Below, piece by piece: positions 11,863-28,300 of a stretch of 64,000 bases of DNA. The translations under genes were made by a program, and so were the position numbers. The notes under the pieces were generated by a model that did not search any database, had not been told where the DNA came from, and was given only the letters and a program-made list of their open reading frames with translations. The DNA comes from Squalus acanthias (Eukaryota), in NCBI GenBank assembly GCA_030390025.1, contig CM059431.1:140680001-140744000 (forward strand), given 5' to 3'. Numbering within the stretch: position 1 is the first letter of the stretch; each line of letters starts with the position of its first letter.

Positions 11863-12599
11863 GGCCCAGATATTCCGATCCCGACGGGTGAGTACGCGCT
11901 GTGCACCAACCCGGAGGGACATCGGAAATACCGGTTTCAGGCAGGCACAGCGCATGCGCTGAAAACCGGCATTTTCCAATCTGTCAAAATGCTCTTGACA
12001 GATCCTTCAGCTGCCCTGGAGAAGGGCCTCTGCGGGCGGATAGTTCCGCTTTTTGGAGACCCTCCGTCCGCAGAAAAACCTTACAATTCTTACGACTGGT
12101 AAAAGCAGGCGTAAAGCCTGCTTTTACCAGGTTAAGAGTAAAAAAAGTTTTTTTTTAATTTCACTGATTTATCATTTAAAAATACTTTAAAAAAGGTAAG
12201 TTTATTTTTAGCCCCGTAAAAAAATATTATTTTTAAAAATATATATTTTTTTTTATTAAAATATTTAATTTATTGTAATTTCAAGTCATTTTAAAAATGT
12301 GATTTTTAAAAAATATTTATTTAAAGTTTGACTGTTTTTGGGGTGATCTCCATTCACATATTTAACAGGTCTTCCTGTCAAGTGCATGAAGGGAGAGTCC
12401 CTTCTGTGATTCGCTCCCTTGGCCCACGTGATTCCAGGGACGCTGCGACCTACATGCGACCCTTGGATACATGGGTCCTGCGCACTTGGAGTTTGGAGAG
12501 GAAGTGTGTGCGCCCAGGGAGCCCTTAGGTATTTTCGTAGATTTTTTCAAGATTGCAGGCCTCCGCACGCGGGAGGCCTGCGATCAGAAAATGCGGGCC
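11863..12599. mobile_element. Non-autonomous DNA transposon (MITE), PIF/Harbinger-like
   Basis: Imperfect TIRs GGCCCAGATATTCCGATC / GATCAGAAAATGCGGGCC; 3-bp TSD ATT; AT-rich core; internal palindromes; absent from the homologous right arm. Confidence 0.75.
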
Positions 12600-12867
12600 A
12601 TTGTCTTTTGTGGGTCTGTGTTATATATAAATATATTTGCCTGTAATTTAAAATTACTATACTGAGAAATAAATACTTAAAAAGTACATTTGGAATGAAG
12701 AAAGATGCCCCAATAAATAAATAAATATCACAGATACATGTAAACACATTTATAAGCAGCGGAGTTATGAAATGCATTTACGTGTAAAACAAGTAAAAAA
12801 ATAATTTGTATCCAAAACGGATAGACCCAATTATAATTAAAATTATCGCAACGTTTTAATTCAACCT

Positions 12868-12912
12868 TCCCTGGTCGTCCAGTGGTGAGGATTCGGCGCT
12901 CTCTCCGCTGCT
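12868..12912 (+). pseudogene. tRNA-Glu(CTC) 5' fragment
   Basis: TCCCTGGTCGTCCAGTGGTGAGGATTCGGCGCTCTCTCCGC matches the tRNA-Glu(CTC) 5' half. T-arm and 3' acceptor strand are missing. Confidence 0.8.
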
Positions 12913-13096
12913 CCTCCACAAAATGCATTTTAGGAGCCTTTTACTCAACATTAATTAATTGGACGTTTGCAGAATGGAATCTGGTATAGGAATCCGGTTT
13001 AAAATGTTCATTGCTTATGACACCAGGTATCGGTGCAACTTTTATTAAACTGAACAGCACCGCTTGTCTGTCAGTAAAAAATATTCGCTGATATAC

Positions 13097-13172
13097 TGTT
13101 CCGGACTGGGTTCGAACCATGGATATGTCGCGCGCGTGAAGTAAAGATGATCGACGACACATTACGGTAATC
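13097..13172 (-). pseudogene. Degenerate tRNA-Val pseudogene
   Basis: TGTTCCGGACTGGGTTCGAACCATGGA...CGCGTGAAG...TGAT...TTACGGTAATC aligns with the reverse complement of tRNA-Val(CAC). B box retained. T-run downstream. Confidence 0.65.
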
Positions 13173-13301
13173 GGCGTTTTATCGGCCACACAGAAAGAGG
13201 AATTCAGCACTCTCATGCACATTTCTTCGTTGAACGTTTAGAAGCAGGTCTTATTCCAGAGAAGTTGTCTGCTCGAACATCAGTGTTGTTTAGATAGAAA
13301 G

Positions 13302-16300
13302 TGGACAGGCGCATCACACCACTCGTTCATCCTGGACACGGGCCTCACACCACTCGTTCATCCTGGACACACGCCTCACACCACTCGTTCATCCTGGACA
13401 CGGGCCACACACCACTCGTTCATCCTGGACAGGTGCCTCACACCATTCGTTCATCCTGGACACACGCCTCAAACCACTCGTTCATCCTGGACACGTGACT
13501 CACACCACTCGTTCATCCTGGACACGTGACTCACACCAATCGTTCATCCTGGACACACACCTCAAACCACTCGTTCATCCTGGACACGCGCCTCACAGTA
13601 CTCGCTCATCCTGGACACAAACCTCACACCAATCGTTCATCCTGGACACACACCTCACACCACTCGTTCATCCTGGACACACACCTCACAACAATCGTTC
13701 ATCCTGGACACACACCTCAAACCACTCGTTCATCCTGGACACACACCTCACACCAATTGTTCATCCTGGACACACACCTCACACCAATCGTTCATCCTGG
13801 ACACACACCTCAAACCACTCGTTCATCCTGGACACGCGCCTCACACCACTTGCTCATCCTGGACACGCGCCTCACACCACTCGTTCATCCTGGAGAGGCG
13901 CCTCACACCATTTGCTCATCCTGGACACGTGACTCACACCACTCGCTCATCCTGGACACACACCTCACACCAATCGTTCATCCTGGACACACACCTCAAA
14001 CCACTCGTTCATCCTGGACACACACCTCACACCACTCGTTCATTCTGGACATGGGCCTCACTCCACTCGTTCATCCTGGACACGGGCCTCACACCACTCG
14101 TTCATCCTGGACACGCGCCTCACACCACTTGCTCATCCTGGACACGCGCCTCACACCACTCGTTCATCCTGGAGAGGCGCCTCACACCATTTGCTCATCC
14201 TGGACACGTGACTCACACCACTCGCTCATCCTGGACACACACCTCACACCAATCGTTCATCCTGGACACACACCTCACACCACTCGCTCATCCTGGACAC
14301 ACACCTCACACCACTCGTTCATTCTGGACATGGGCCTCACTCCACTCGTTCATCCTGGACACGGGCCTCACACCACTCGTTCATCCTGGACACACACCGC
14401 ACACCACTCGTTCATCCTGGACAGGTGCCTCACACCACTCGTTCATCCTGGACACACGCCTCACAACACTCGTTCATCCTGGACACGGGCCTCACACCAC
14501 TCGTTCATCCTGGACACACACCGCACACCACTCGTTCATCCTGGACACACACCTCAAACCACTCGTTCATCCTGGACACGAGCCTCACACCACTCGCTCA
14601 TCCGGGACACGGGCCTCACACCACTCGTTCATCCTGGACACACACCTCACAACAATCGTTCATCCTGGACACACACCTCAAACCACTCGTTCATCCTGGA
14701 CACACACCTCACACCAATTGTTCATCCTGGACACACACCTCACACCAATCGTTCATCCTGGACACACACCTCAAACCACTCGTTCATCCTGGACACGCGC
14801 CTCACACCACTTGCTCATCCTGGACACGCGCCTCACACCACTCGTTCATCCTGGAGAGGCGCCTCACACCATTTGCTCATCCTGGACACGTGACTCACAC
14901 CACTCGCTCATCCTGGACACACACCTCACACCAATCGTTCATCCTGGACACACACCTCAAACCACTCGTTCATCCTGGACACACACCTCACACCACTCGT
15001 TCATTCTGGACATGGGCCTCACTCCACTCGTTCATCCTGGACACGGGCCTCACACCACTCGTTCATCCTGGACACGCGCCTCACACCACTTGCTCATCCT
15101 GGACACGCGCCTCACACCACTCGTTCATCCTGGAGAGGCGCCTCACACCATTTGCTCATCCTGGACACGTGACTCACACCACTCGCTCATCCTGGACACA
15201 CACCTCACACCAATCGTTCATCCTGGACACACACCTCACACCACTCGCTCATCCTGGACACACACCTCACACCACTCGTTCATTCTGGACATGGGCCTCA
15301 CTCCACTCGTTCATCCTGGACACGAGCCTCACACCACTCGTTCATCCTGGACACACACCGCACACCACTCGTTCATCCTGGACAGGTGCCTCACACCACT
15401 CGTTCATCCTGGACACACGCCTCACAACACTCGTTCATCCTGGACACGGGCCTCACACCACTCGTTCATCCTGGACACACACCGCACACCACTCGTTCAT
15501 CCTGGACACACACCTCAAACCACTCGTTCATCCTGGACACGAGCCTCACACCACTCGCTCATCCGGGACACGGGCCTCACACCACTCGTTCATCCTGGAC
15601 ACGAGCCTCACATCACTCGTTCATCCTGGACACGCGCCTCACAACACTCGTTCATCCTGGGCACGCACCTCACACCACTCGTTCATCATGGACACGGGCC
15701 TCACAACACTCCTTCATCCTGGAAACGCACCTCACACCACTTGCTCATCCTGGACACACACCTCAAACCACTCGTTCATCCTGGACACACACCTCACACC
15801 AATCGTTCATCCTGGACACACACCTCACACCAATCGTTCATCCTGGACACACACCTCAAACCACTCGTTCATCCTGGACACACACCTCACACCAATCGTT
15901 CATCCTGGACACACACCTCACACCAATCGTTCATCCTGGACACACACCTCAAACCACTCGTTCATCCTGGACACGCGCCTCACACCACTCGTTCATCCTG
16001 GAGAGGCGCCTCACACCATTTGCTCATCCTGGACACGTGACTCACACCACTCGCTCATCCTGGACACACACCTCACACCAATCGTTCATCCTGGACACAC
16101 ACCTCAAACCACTCGTTCATCCTGGACACGCGCCTCACACCACTCGCTGATCCTGGACACGAGCCTCACACCACTCGCTCATCCTGGACACGAGCCTCAC
16201 ACCACTCGTTCATCCTGGACACGGGCCTCACACCACTCGTTCATCCTGGACAAGCACCTCACACCATTCGTTCATCCTGGACACACACTTCACACCACTC

Positions 16301-19300
16301 GTTCATCCTGGACAAGTAGCACACACCACTCCTTCATCCTGGACACACACCTCACACCACTCGTTCATTCTGGACACGCGCAATAAACCACTCGTTCATC
16401 CTGGACACGGGCCTCACACCACTCCTTCATCCTGGACACACACCTCACAACACTCGCTCATCCTGGACACACACCTCACACCACTCGTTCATCTTGGACA
16501 CGCGCCTCACACCACTCGCTCATCCTGGACACGAGCCTCACACCACTCCTTCATCCTGGACACACACCTCATACCACTCCTTCATCCTGGACACACACCT
16601 CACACCACTCGTTCATCCTGGACACACACCTCACACGACTCGTTCAACCTGGACAAACGCCTCACACCACTCGCTCATCCTGGACACGGGCCTCACACCA
16701 CTCGTTCATCCTGGACACACACCTCACACAACTTGCTCATCCTGGACACGCGACTCACACCACTCGCTCATCCTGGACAGGCGCCTCACACCACTCGTTG
16801 ATCCTGGACACGCGCCTCACACCACTCGCTCATCCTGGACACGCCCCTCACACCACTCCCTCATCCTGGACACGAACCTCACACCAGTCGCTCATCCTGG
16901 ACATGCGCCTCACACCACTTGCTCATCCTTGGACACGGGCCTCACACCACTCGTTCATCCTGGACACGGGCCTCACACCACTCGTTCATCCTGGACACGC
17001 GCCTCACACCACTCCTTCATCCTGGACACACACCTCACAACACGCGTTCATCCTGGACACAAACCTCACACCATTCGTTCATCCTGGACACGGGCCTCAC
17101 TCCACTCGCTCATCCTGGACACGCGCCTCACACCACTCGTTCATCCTGGACACGCATCTCACACCACTCGTTCATCATGGACAAGCACCTCACACCACTC
17201 GTTTATCCTGGACACGGGACTCACACCACTCTTTTCAGCCTGGACACACACCGCACACCACTCGTTCATCCTGGACACACACCTCAAACCACACGTTCAT
17301 GCTGGACACGAGCCTCACACCACTCGATTAACCTGGACACGGGCCTCACACCACTCGCTCATCCTGGACACGAGCCTCACACCACTCCTTCATCCTGGAC
17401 ACACACCTCACACCACTCGTTCATCCTGGACACACGCCTCACACCACTCGTTCATCCTGGACACACACCTCACACGATTCGTTCATCCTGGACAAACGCC
17501 TCACACCACTCGCTCATCACGGACACGCACCTCACACCACTCGTTCATCCTGGACACACACCTCACACAACTTGCTCATCCTGGACACGCGCCTCACACC
17601 AATCGCTCATCCTGGACAGGCGCTTCACACCACTCGTTCATCCTGGACACGCGCCTCACATCACTCGCTCATCCTGGACACGCGCCTCACACCAGTCCCT
17701 CATCCTGTACACGAACCTCACACCAGTCGCTCATCCTGGACACGCGCCTCACACCACTTGCTCATCCTGGACACGGGCCTCACACCACTCTTTCAGCCTG
17801 GACACGCGCCTCACACCACTCCTTCATCCTGGACACTCACCTCACAACACTCGTTCATCCTGGACACAAACCTCACACCACTCGTTCATCCTGGACACGG
17901 GCCTCACTCCACTCGCTCATACTGGACACGCGCCTCACACCAGTCGTTCATCCTGGACACGCATCTCACACCACTCGTTCATGCTGGACACGAGCCTCAC
18001 ACCACTCGCTTGTCCTGGACACGGGCCTCACACCACTCGCTCATCCTGGACACGAGCCTCACACCACACGTTCATCCTGGACACGCACCTCACACCACTC
18101 GTTCATACTGGACACGGGTCTCACCCCACTCGTTCATCCTGGACACGGGCCTCACACCACTCGTTCATCCTGGACACGGGCCTCACACCACTCCTTCATC
18201 CTGGACACACACCTCACAACACTCGCTCATCCTGGACACACACCTCACACCACTCGTTCATCTTGGACACGCGCCTCACACCACTCGCTCATCCTGGACA
18301 CGAGCCTCACACCACTCCTTCATCCTGGACACACACCTCATACCACTCCTTCATCCTGGACACACACCTCACACCACTCGTTCATCCTGGACACACACCT
18401 CACACGACTCGTTCAACCTGGACAAACGCCTCACACCACTCGCTCATCCTGGACACGGGCCTCACACCACTCGTTCATCCTGGACACACACCTCACACAA
18501 CTTGCTCATCCTGGACACGCGACTCACACCACTCGCTCATCCTGGACAGGCGCCTCACACCACTCGTTGATCCTGGACACACGCCTCACACCACTCGCTC
18601 ATCCTGGACACGCCCCTCACACCACTCCCTCATCCTGGACACGAACCTCACACCAGTCGCTCATCCTGGACATGCGCCTCACACCACTTGCTCATCCTTG
18701 GACACGGGCCTCACACCACTCGTTCATCCTGGACACGGGCCTCACACCACTCGTTCATCCTGGACACGCATCTCACACCACTCGTTCATCATGGACAAGC
18801 ACCTCACACCACTCGTTTATCCTGGACACGGGACTCACACCACTCTTTTCAGCCTGGACACACACCGCACACCACTCGTTCATCCTGGACACACACCTCA
18901 AACCACACGTTCATGCTGGACACGAGCCTCACACCACTCGATTAACCTGGACACGGGCCTCACACCACTCGCTCATCCTGGACACGAGCCTCACACCACT
19001 CCTTCATCCTGGACACACACCTCACACCACTCGTTCATCCTGGACACACGCCTCACACCACTCGTTCATCCTGGACACACACCTCACACGATTCGTTCAT
19101 CCTGGACAAACGCCTCACACCACTCGCTCATCACGGACACGCACCTTACACCACTCGTTCATCCTGGACACACACCTCACACAACTTGCTCATCCTGGAC
19201 ACGCGCCTCACACCAATCGCTCATCCTGGACAGGCGCTTCACACCACTCGTTCATCCTGGACACGCGCCTCACACCACTCGCTCATCCTGGACACGCGCC

Positions 19301-22300
19301 TCACACCAGTCCCTCATCCTGTACACGAACCTCACACCAGTCGCTCATCCTGGACACGCGCCTCACACCACTTGCTCATCCTGGACACGGGCCTCACACC
19401 ACTCTTTCAGCCTGGACACGCGCCTCACACCACTCCTTCATCCTGGACACTCACCTCACAACACTCGTTCATCCTGGACACAAACCTCACACCACTCGTT
19501 CATCCTGGACACGGGCCTCACTCCACTCGCTCATACTGGACACGCGCCTCACACCAGTCGTTCATCCTGGACACGCATCTCACACCACTCGTTCATGCTG
19601 GACACGAGCCTCACACCACTCGCTTGTCCTGGACACGGGCCTCACACCACTCGCTCATCCTGGACACGAGCTTCACATCACTCCTTCATCCTGGACACGC
19701 GCCTCACACCACTCGTCCATCCTGGACACACGCCTCACACCATTCATTCTTCCTGGACAGGCGCCTCACACCACTCGCTCATCCTGGACACAAAACCTCA
19801 CACCACTCTCTCATCCTGGACACGCACCTCACACCAATCGCTCATCTTGTACACGGACCTCACACCACTCGTTCATCCTGGACACTGGCCTCACACCACT
19901 CCCTCATCCATGGACTAACGCCTCACACCACTCGCTCATCCTGGACACGCGCCTCACACCAGTCCCTCATCCTGTACACGAACCTCACACCAGTCGCTCA
20001 TCCTGGACACGCGCCTCACACCACTTGCTCATCCTGGACACGGGCCTCACACCACTCTTTCAGCCTGGACACGCGCCTCACACCACTCCTTCATCCTGGA
20101 CACTCACCTCACAACACTCGTTCATCCTGGACACAAACCTCACACCACTCGTTCATCCTGGAAAAGGGGCCTCACTCCACTCGCTCATACTGGACACGCG
20201 CCTCACACCAGTCGTTCATCCTGGACACGCATCTCACACCACTCGTTCATGCTGGACACGAGCGTCACACCACTCGCTTGTCCTGGACACGGGCCTCACA
20301 CCACTCGCTCATCCTGGACACGAGCTTCACACCACTCCTTCATCCTGGACACGCGCCTCACACCACTCGTCCATCCTGGACACACGCCTCACACCATTCA
20401 TTCTTCCTGGACAGGCGCCTCACACCACTCGCTCATCCTGGACACGCACCTCACACCAATCGCTCATCTTGTACACGGACCTCACACCACTCGTTCATCC
20501 GGGACACTGGCCTCACACCACTCCCTCATCCATGGACTAACACCTCACACCACTCGTTCATCCAGGACACAAGCCTCACACCAGTCGTTCATCCTGGACA
20601 GGCGCCTCACATCACTCGTTCATCCTTGACACGCGCCTTACACCACTCTCTCATCCTGGACACACACCTCACACCACACGTCCATCTTGGACAAGCACCT
20701 TACACCACTCGTTTATCCTGGACACACACCTCACACCACTCGTTCATCCTGGACACGGGTCTCACACCATTCGTTCATCCTGGACACGGGCCTCACACCA
20801 CTCCTTCATCCTGGACACGGGCCTCACACCACTCGTTCATCCTGGACACGGGCCTCACACCACTCGTTCATCCTGGACACGCATGTGACACCACTCGTTC
20901 ATCCTGAACACGAGACTCACAACACTCGTTCATCCTGGACACGCACCTCACACCACTCGTTCATCCTGGACACGGGCCTCACACCACTCGCTTATCCTGG
21001 ACACGGGCCTCACACCACTCGCTCATCCTGGACACGAGCCTCACACCACTCCTTCATCCTGGACACACACCTCACACCACTCGTTCATCCTGGACACACA
21101 CCTCACACCACTCGTTCATCCTGGACACACACCTCACACCATTCGTTCATCCTGGACAAACGCCTCACACCACTCGCTCATCCTGGACACGCACCTCACA
21201 CCACTCGTTAATCCTGGACACACACCTCACACAACTTGCTCATCCTGGACACGCGCCTCACACCACTCGCTCATCCTGGACAGGCGCTTCACACCACTCG
21301 TTCATCCTGGACACGCGCCTCACACCACTCGCTCATCCTGGACACGCACCTCACACCACTCCCTCATCCTGGACACGAACCTCACACCAGTCGCTCATCC
21401 TGGACACGCACCTCACACCACTCGTTCATCCTGGACACGGGCCTCACAACACTCGCTTATCCTGGACACGGACCTCACACCACTCGCTCATCCTGGACAC
21501 GAGCCTCACACCACTCCTTCATTCTGGACACACACCTCACACCACTCGTTCATCCTGGACACACACCTCACACCACTCGTTCATCCTGGACACACACCTC
21601 ACACCATTCGTTCATCCTGGACAAACGCCTCACACCACTCGCTCATCCTGGACACGCACCTCACACCACTCGTTAATCCTGGACACACACCTCACACAAC
21701 TTGCTCATCCTGGACACGCGCCTCACACCACTTGCTCATCCTGGACACGGGCCTCACACCACTCTTTCATCCTGGACACGGGCCTCACGCCACTTGCTCA
21801 TCCTGGACACAAACCTCACACCACTTGTTCATCCTGGACATGGGCCTCACTCCACTCGCTCATCCTGGACACGCGCCTCACACCACTCGTTCATCCTAGA
21901 CACGCATCTCACACCACTCGTTCATCATGGACAAGCACCTCACACCACTCGTTTATCCTGGACACGGGCATCACACCACTCGTTCATCCTGGACACACAC
22001 CGCACATCACTCATTCATCCTGGACACACACCTCAAACCACTCGTTCATGCTGGACACGAGCCTCACACCACTCGCTTATCCTAGACACGGGCCTCACAC
22101 CACTCGCTCATCCTGGACACGAGTTTCACACCACTCCTTCATCCTGGACAAGCGCCTCACACCACTCGTTCTTCCTGGACAGGCGCCTCACACCACTCGC
22201 TCATCCTGGACACAAAACCTCACACCACTCGCTCATCCTGGACACGCACCTCACACCAATCGCTCATCCTGGACACGGACCTCACACCACTCGTTCATCC

Positions 22301-25300
22301 TGGACACTGGCCTCACACCACTCACTCATCCATGGACTAACACCTCACACCATCGTTCATCCTGGACACGCGCCTCACACCACTCGCTCATCCTGGACAC
22401 ACACCTCACACCGCACGTTCATCTTGGACACGCACCTCACACCACTCGTTCATCCTGGACACACACCTCACACCACTCGTTCATCCTGGACACGGGTCTC
22501 ACACCATTCGTTCATCCTGGACACGGGACTCACACCACTCCTTCATCCTGGACCCGGGCCTCACACCATTCGTTCATCCTGGACACGGGACTCACACCAC
22601 TCGTTCATCCTGGACACGCATGTCACACCACTCGTTCATCCTGGACACGCATCTCACACCACTCGTTCCTCCTGGACACACTCCTCAAAACACACGTACA
22701 TCCTGAACACAAGCCTCACAACACTCGTTCATCCTGGACACGAGCCACACCACTCGTTCATCCTGGACACGGGCCTCACACCACTCGTTCATCCTGGACA
22801 CGGGCCTCACACCACTCGTTCATCCTGGACACGAGCCTCACATCACTCGTTCATCCTAGACACGCATCTCACACCACTCGTTCATCATGGACAAGCACCT
22901 CACACCACTCGTTTATCCTGGACACGGGCATCACACCACTCGTTCATCCTGGACACACACCGCACACCACTCATTCTTCCTGGACACAGACCTCAAACCA
23001 CTCGTTCATGCTGGACACGAGCCTCACACCACTCGCTTATCCTGGACACGGGCCTCACACCACTCGCTCATCCTGGACACGAGTTTCACACTACTCCTTC
23101 ATCCTGGACACGCGCCTCACACCACTCGTCCATCCTGGACACACGCCTCACACCACTCGTTCTTCCTGGACAGGCGCCTCACACCACTCGCTCATCCTGG
23201 ACACAAAACCTCACACCACTCGCTCATCCTGGACACGCACCTCACACCAATCGCTCATCCTGGACACGGACCTCACACCACTCGTTCATCCTGGACACTG
23301 GCCTCACACCACTCCCTCATCCATGGACTAACACCTCACACCATCGTTCATCCTGGACACGCGCCTCACACCACTCGCTCATCCTGGACACACACCTCAC
23401 ACCGCACGTTCATCTTGGACACACACCTCACACCACTCGTTCATCCTGGACACGGGTCTCACACCATTCGTTCATCCTGGACACGGGACTCACACCACTC
23501 CTTCATCCTGGACCCGGGCCTCACACCATTCGTTCATCCTGGACACGGGACTCACACCACTCGTTCATCCTGGACACGCATGTCACACCACTCGTTCATC
23601 CTGGACACGCATCTCACACCACTCGTTCATCCTGGACACACTCCTCAAAACACACGTACATCCTGAACACAAGCCTCACAACACTCGTTCATCCTGGACA
23701 CGAGCCTCACACCACTCGTTCATCCTGGACACGGGCCTCACACCACTCGTTCATCCTGGACACGGGCCTCACACCACTCGTTCATCCTGGACACGAGCCT
23801 CACATCACTCGTTCATCCTGGACACGCGCCTCACAACACTCGTTCATCCTGGACACGCACCTCACACCACTCGTTCATCATGGACACGGGCCTCACAACA
23901 CTCCTTCATCCTGGAAACGCACCTCACACCACTTGCTCATCCTGGACACACACCTCATTCCACTCGTTCATCCTGGACACGTGCCTCACACCACTCGTTC
24001 ATCCTGGACACACTCCTCTTACCACTCGTTCATCCTGGTCACGGGCCTCACACCACTTGCTCATCCTGGACACGCGCCTCACACCACTCGTTCATCCTGG
24101 ACAAACACCTCACACCACTCGTTCATCCTGGACACGGGCCTCACACCACTCGTTCATCCTGGACACACACCGCACACTACTCGTTCATCCTGGACACACA
24201 CCTCAAACCACTCGTTCATCCTGGACACGAGCCTCACACCACTCGCTCATCCTGGACACGGGCCTCACACCACTCGTTCATCCTGGACATGAGTCTCACA
24301 CCACTCGCTCATCCTGGACACGAGCCTCACAACACTCGCTCATCCTGGACACGAGCCTCACACCACTCATTCTTCCTGGACACGCACCTCACACCACTCG
24401 CTCATCCTGGACACACGCTTCACAGCACTCGCTCATCCTGGTCACGGGCCTCACACCACTCGCTCATCCTGGACACTGGCCTCACACCACTCCCTCATCC
24501 ATGGACTAACACCTCACACCATCGTTCATCCTGGACACGCGCCTCACACCACTCGCTCATCCTGGACACACACCTCACACCGCACGTTCATCTTGGACAC
24601 GCACCTCACACCACTCGTTCATCCTGGACACACACCTCACACCACTCGTTCATCCTGGACACGGGTCTCACACCATTCGTTCATCCTGGACACGGGACTC
24701 ACACCAGCCCTTCATCCTGGATCCGGGCCTCACACCATTCGTTCATCCTGGACACGGGCCTCACACCACTCGTTCATCCTGGACACGCATGTCACACCAC
24801 TCGTTCATCCTGGACACGCATCTCACACCACTCGTTCATCCAAGACACACTCCTCAAAACACACGTACATCCTGAACACAAGCCTCACAACACTCGTTCA
24901 TCCTGGACACGAGCCTCACACCACTCGTTCATCCTGGACACGGGCCTCACACCACTCGTTCATCCTGGACACGGGCCTCACACCACTCGTTCATCCTGGA
25001 CACGAGCCTCACATCACTCGTTCATCCTGGACACGCGCCTCACAACACTCCTTCATCCTGGAAAAACACCTCACACCACTCGTTCATCCTGGACACAGGC
25101 CTCACACCACTCGTTCATCCTGGACACACACCTTCATCCTGGAAAAACACCTCACACCAGTCGTTCATCATGGACACGAGCCTCACATCACTCGTTCATC
25201 CTGGACACGCGCCTCACAACACTCCTTCATCCTGGAAACGCACCTCACACCACTTGCTCATCCTGGACACACACCTCATTCCACTCGTTCATCCTGGACA

Positions 25301-28300
25301 CGTGCCTCACACCAACGTTCATCCTGGACACACTCCTCTTACCACTCGTTCATCCTGGACACGGGCCTCACACCACTCGCTCATCCTGGACACGCGCCTC
25401 ACACCACTCGTTCATCCTGGAAAAACACCTCACACCACTCGTTCATCCTCGACACAGGCCTCACACCACTCGTTCATCCTGGACACACACCGCACACTAC
25501 TCGTTCATCCTGGACACACACCTCAAACCACACTTTCATTCTGGACACGAGCCTCACACCAGTCGCTCATCCTGGACACGGGCCTCACACCACTCGTTCA
25601 TCCTGGACATGAGTCTCACACCACTCGCTCATCCTGGACACGAGCCTCACAACACTCGCTCATCCTGGACACGAGCCTCACACCGCACGTTCATCTTGGA
25701 CACGCACCTCACACCACTCGTTCATCCTGGACACGAGCCTCACACCACTCGCACATCCTGGACACGAGCCTCACACCACTCCTTCTTCCTGGACACGTGC
25801 CTCACACCACTCGTTTATCCTGGACACAAACCTTACACCACTCGTTCATCCTGGACATGCGCCTCACACCACTCGCTCATCCTGGACACGCGCCTCACAC
25901 CACTCGTTCATACTGGACACGCGCCTCACACAACTCGTTCATTCTGGACACGCGCCTCACACCACTCGTTCATCCTGGACACACAACTCAAACCAGTCGT
26001 TCATCCTGGACACACGCCTCACACCACTCGTTCATCCTGGACAGGTGCCTCACAACAGTCGCTCATCCTGCACACACACCTCACACCACTTCTTCATCCT
26101 GGACACATATCTCACACCACTCGTTCATCCTGGACACATGCCTCACACCACTCTCTCATCCTGGACAGGTGCCTCACACCACTCGTTCATCATGGACACG
26201 GGCCACACACCACTCGCTCAGCCTGGACAAACACCTCACACCACTCGTTCATCCTGGACACGAGCCTCATACCACTCGTTCATCCTGGACACGGGCCACA
26301 CACCACTCGTTCATCCTGGACACGTGCCTCACACCACTCGTTCATCCTGGACACACGCCTCAAACCACTCGCTCATCCTGGACACGCGACTCACACCACT
26401 CGTTCCTCCTGGACACACACCTCACACCACTAGTTCATCCTGGACACACGCCTCAAACCACTCGTTCATCCTGGACACGCGCCTCACACCACTCGCTCAT
26501 CCTGGACACACGCCTCACAACACTCGCTCATCCTGGACACGCACCTCACACCATCGTTCATCCTGGACACACACCTCACACCACTCGCTCATCCTGGACA
26601 CGGCACTCACACCACTCGCTCATCCTGGACACACACCGCACACCACTCGTTCATCCTGGAAACACAACTCAAACCACTCATTCATCCTGGACACGAGCCT
26701 CACACCACTCGTTCATCCTGGAAACTTACCTCAAACCACTCGTTCATCCTGGACACGGGCCTCACACCACTCGTTCATCCTGGACACGAGTCTCACACCA
26801 CTCGTTCATACTGGACATGCGCCTCACACAACTCGTTCATTCTGGACACGCACCTCACACCACTCGTTCATCCTGGACACACAACTCACACAATTCGTTT
26901 ATCCTGGACACACGCCTGACACCACTCGTTCATCCTGGACAGGCGCCTCACACCAGTCGCTCATTTTGGACACACACCTCACACCACTTCTTCATCCTGA
27001 ACACACATCTCACACCACTCGTTCATCCTGGACACATGCCTCACACCACTCGCTCATCCTGGACAAACACCTCACACCACTCGTTCATCCTGGACACGAG
27101 CCTCACACCACTCGTTCATCCTGGACACGGGCCACACACCACTCGTTTATCCTGGACAGGTGCCTCACACCATTCGTTCATCCTGGACACACGCCTCAAA
27201 CCACTCCTTCATCCTGGACACGCGACTCACACCACTCGTTCCTCCTGGACACACACCTCACACCACTCGTTCATCCTGGACACACGCCTCAAACCACTCG
27301 TTCATCCTGGACACGCGCCTCACACCACTCGCTCATCCTGGACACGCGCCTCACACCACTCGCTCATCCTGGACACGCACCTCACACCATCGTTCATCCT
27401 GGACACACACATCAGACCACTCGCTCATCCTGGACACGGCACTCACACCACTCGCTCATCCTGGACACACACCGCACACCACTCGTTCATCCTGGAAACA
27501 CACCTCAAACCACTCATTCATCCTGGACACGAGCCTCACACCACTCGTTCATCCTGGAAACACACCTCAAACCACTCATTCATCCTGGACACGGGCCTCA
27601 CACCACTCGTTCATCCTGGACACGAGTCTCACACCACTCGCTCATCCTGGACACATGCCTCACACCACTCGCTCATCCTGGACACGGGCCTCACATCACT
27701 CGCTCATCCTGGACACATGCCTCACACCACTCGCTCATCCTGGACACGCGCCTCACACCACTCGTTCATCCTGGACACATACCTCACACCATTCGTTCAT
27801 CCTGGACACGCGCCTCACACCACTCGTTCATCCTGGACACGCGCCTCACACCACTCGTTCATCCTGGACACGCGCCTCACACCAATCATTCATTCTGACA
27901 CGCGCCTCACACCACTCGTTCATCCTGGACACACAACTCACACCACTCGTTCATCATGGACACACAACTCACACCACTCGTTCATCCTGGACAGGCACCT
28001 CACACCAGTCGCTCATCCTGGACACACACCTCACGCCACTTCATCATCCTGGACACACATCTCACACCACTCGTTCATCCTGGACACACGTCTCACACCA
28101 ATCTCTCATCCTGGACAGGCGCCTCACACCACTCGTTCATCCTGGACACGGGCCACACACCACTCGTTCATCCTGGACAGGTGCCTCACAACACTCGTTC
28201 ATCCTGGACACACGCCTCAAACCACTCGTTCATCCTGGGCACGCGAGTCACACCACTCGTTCCTCCTGGACACACACCTCACACCACTCGTTCATCCTGG

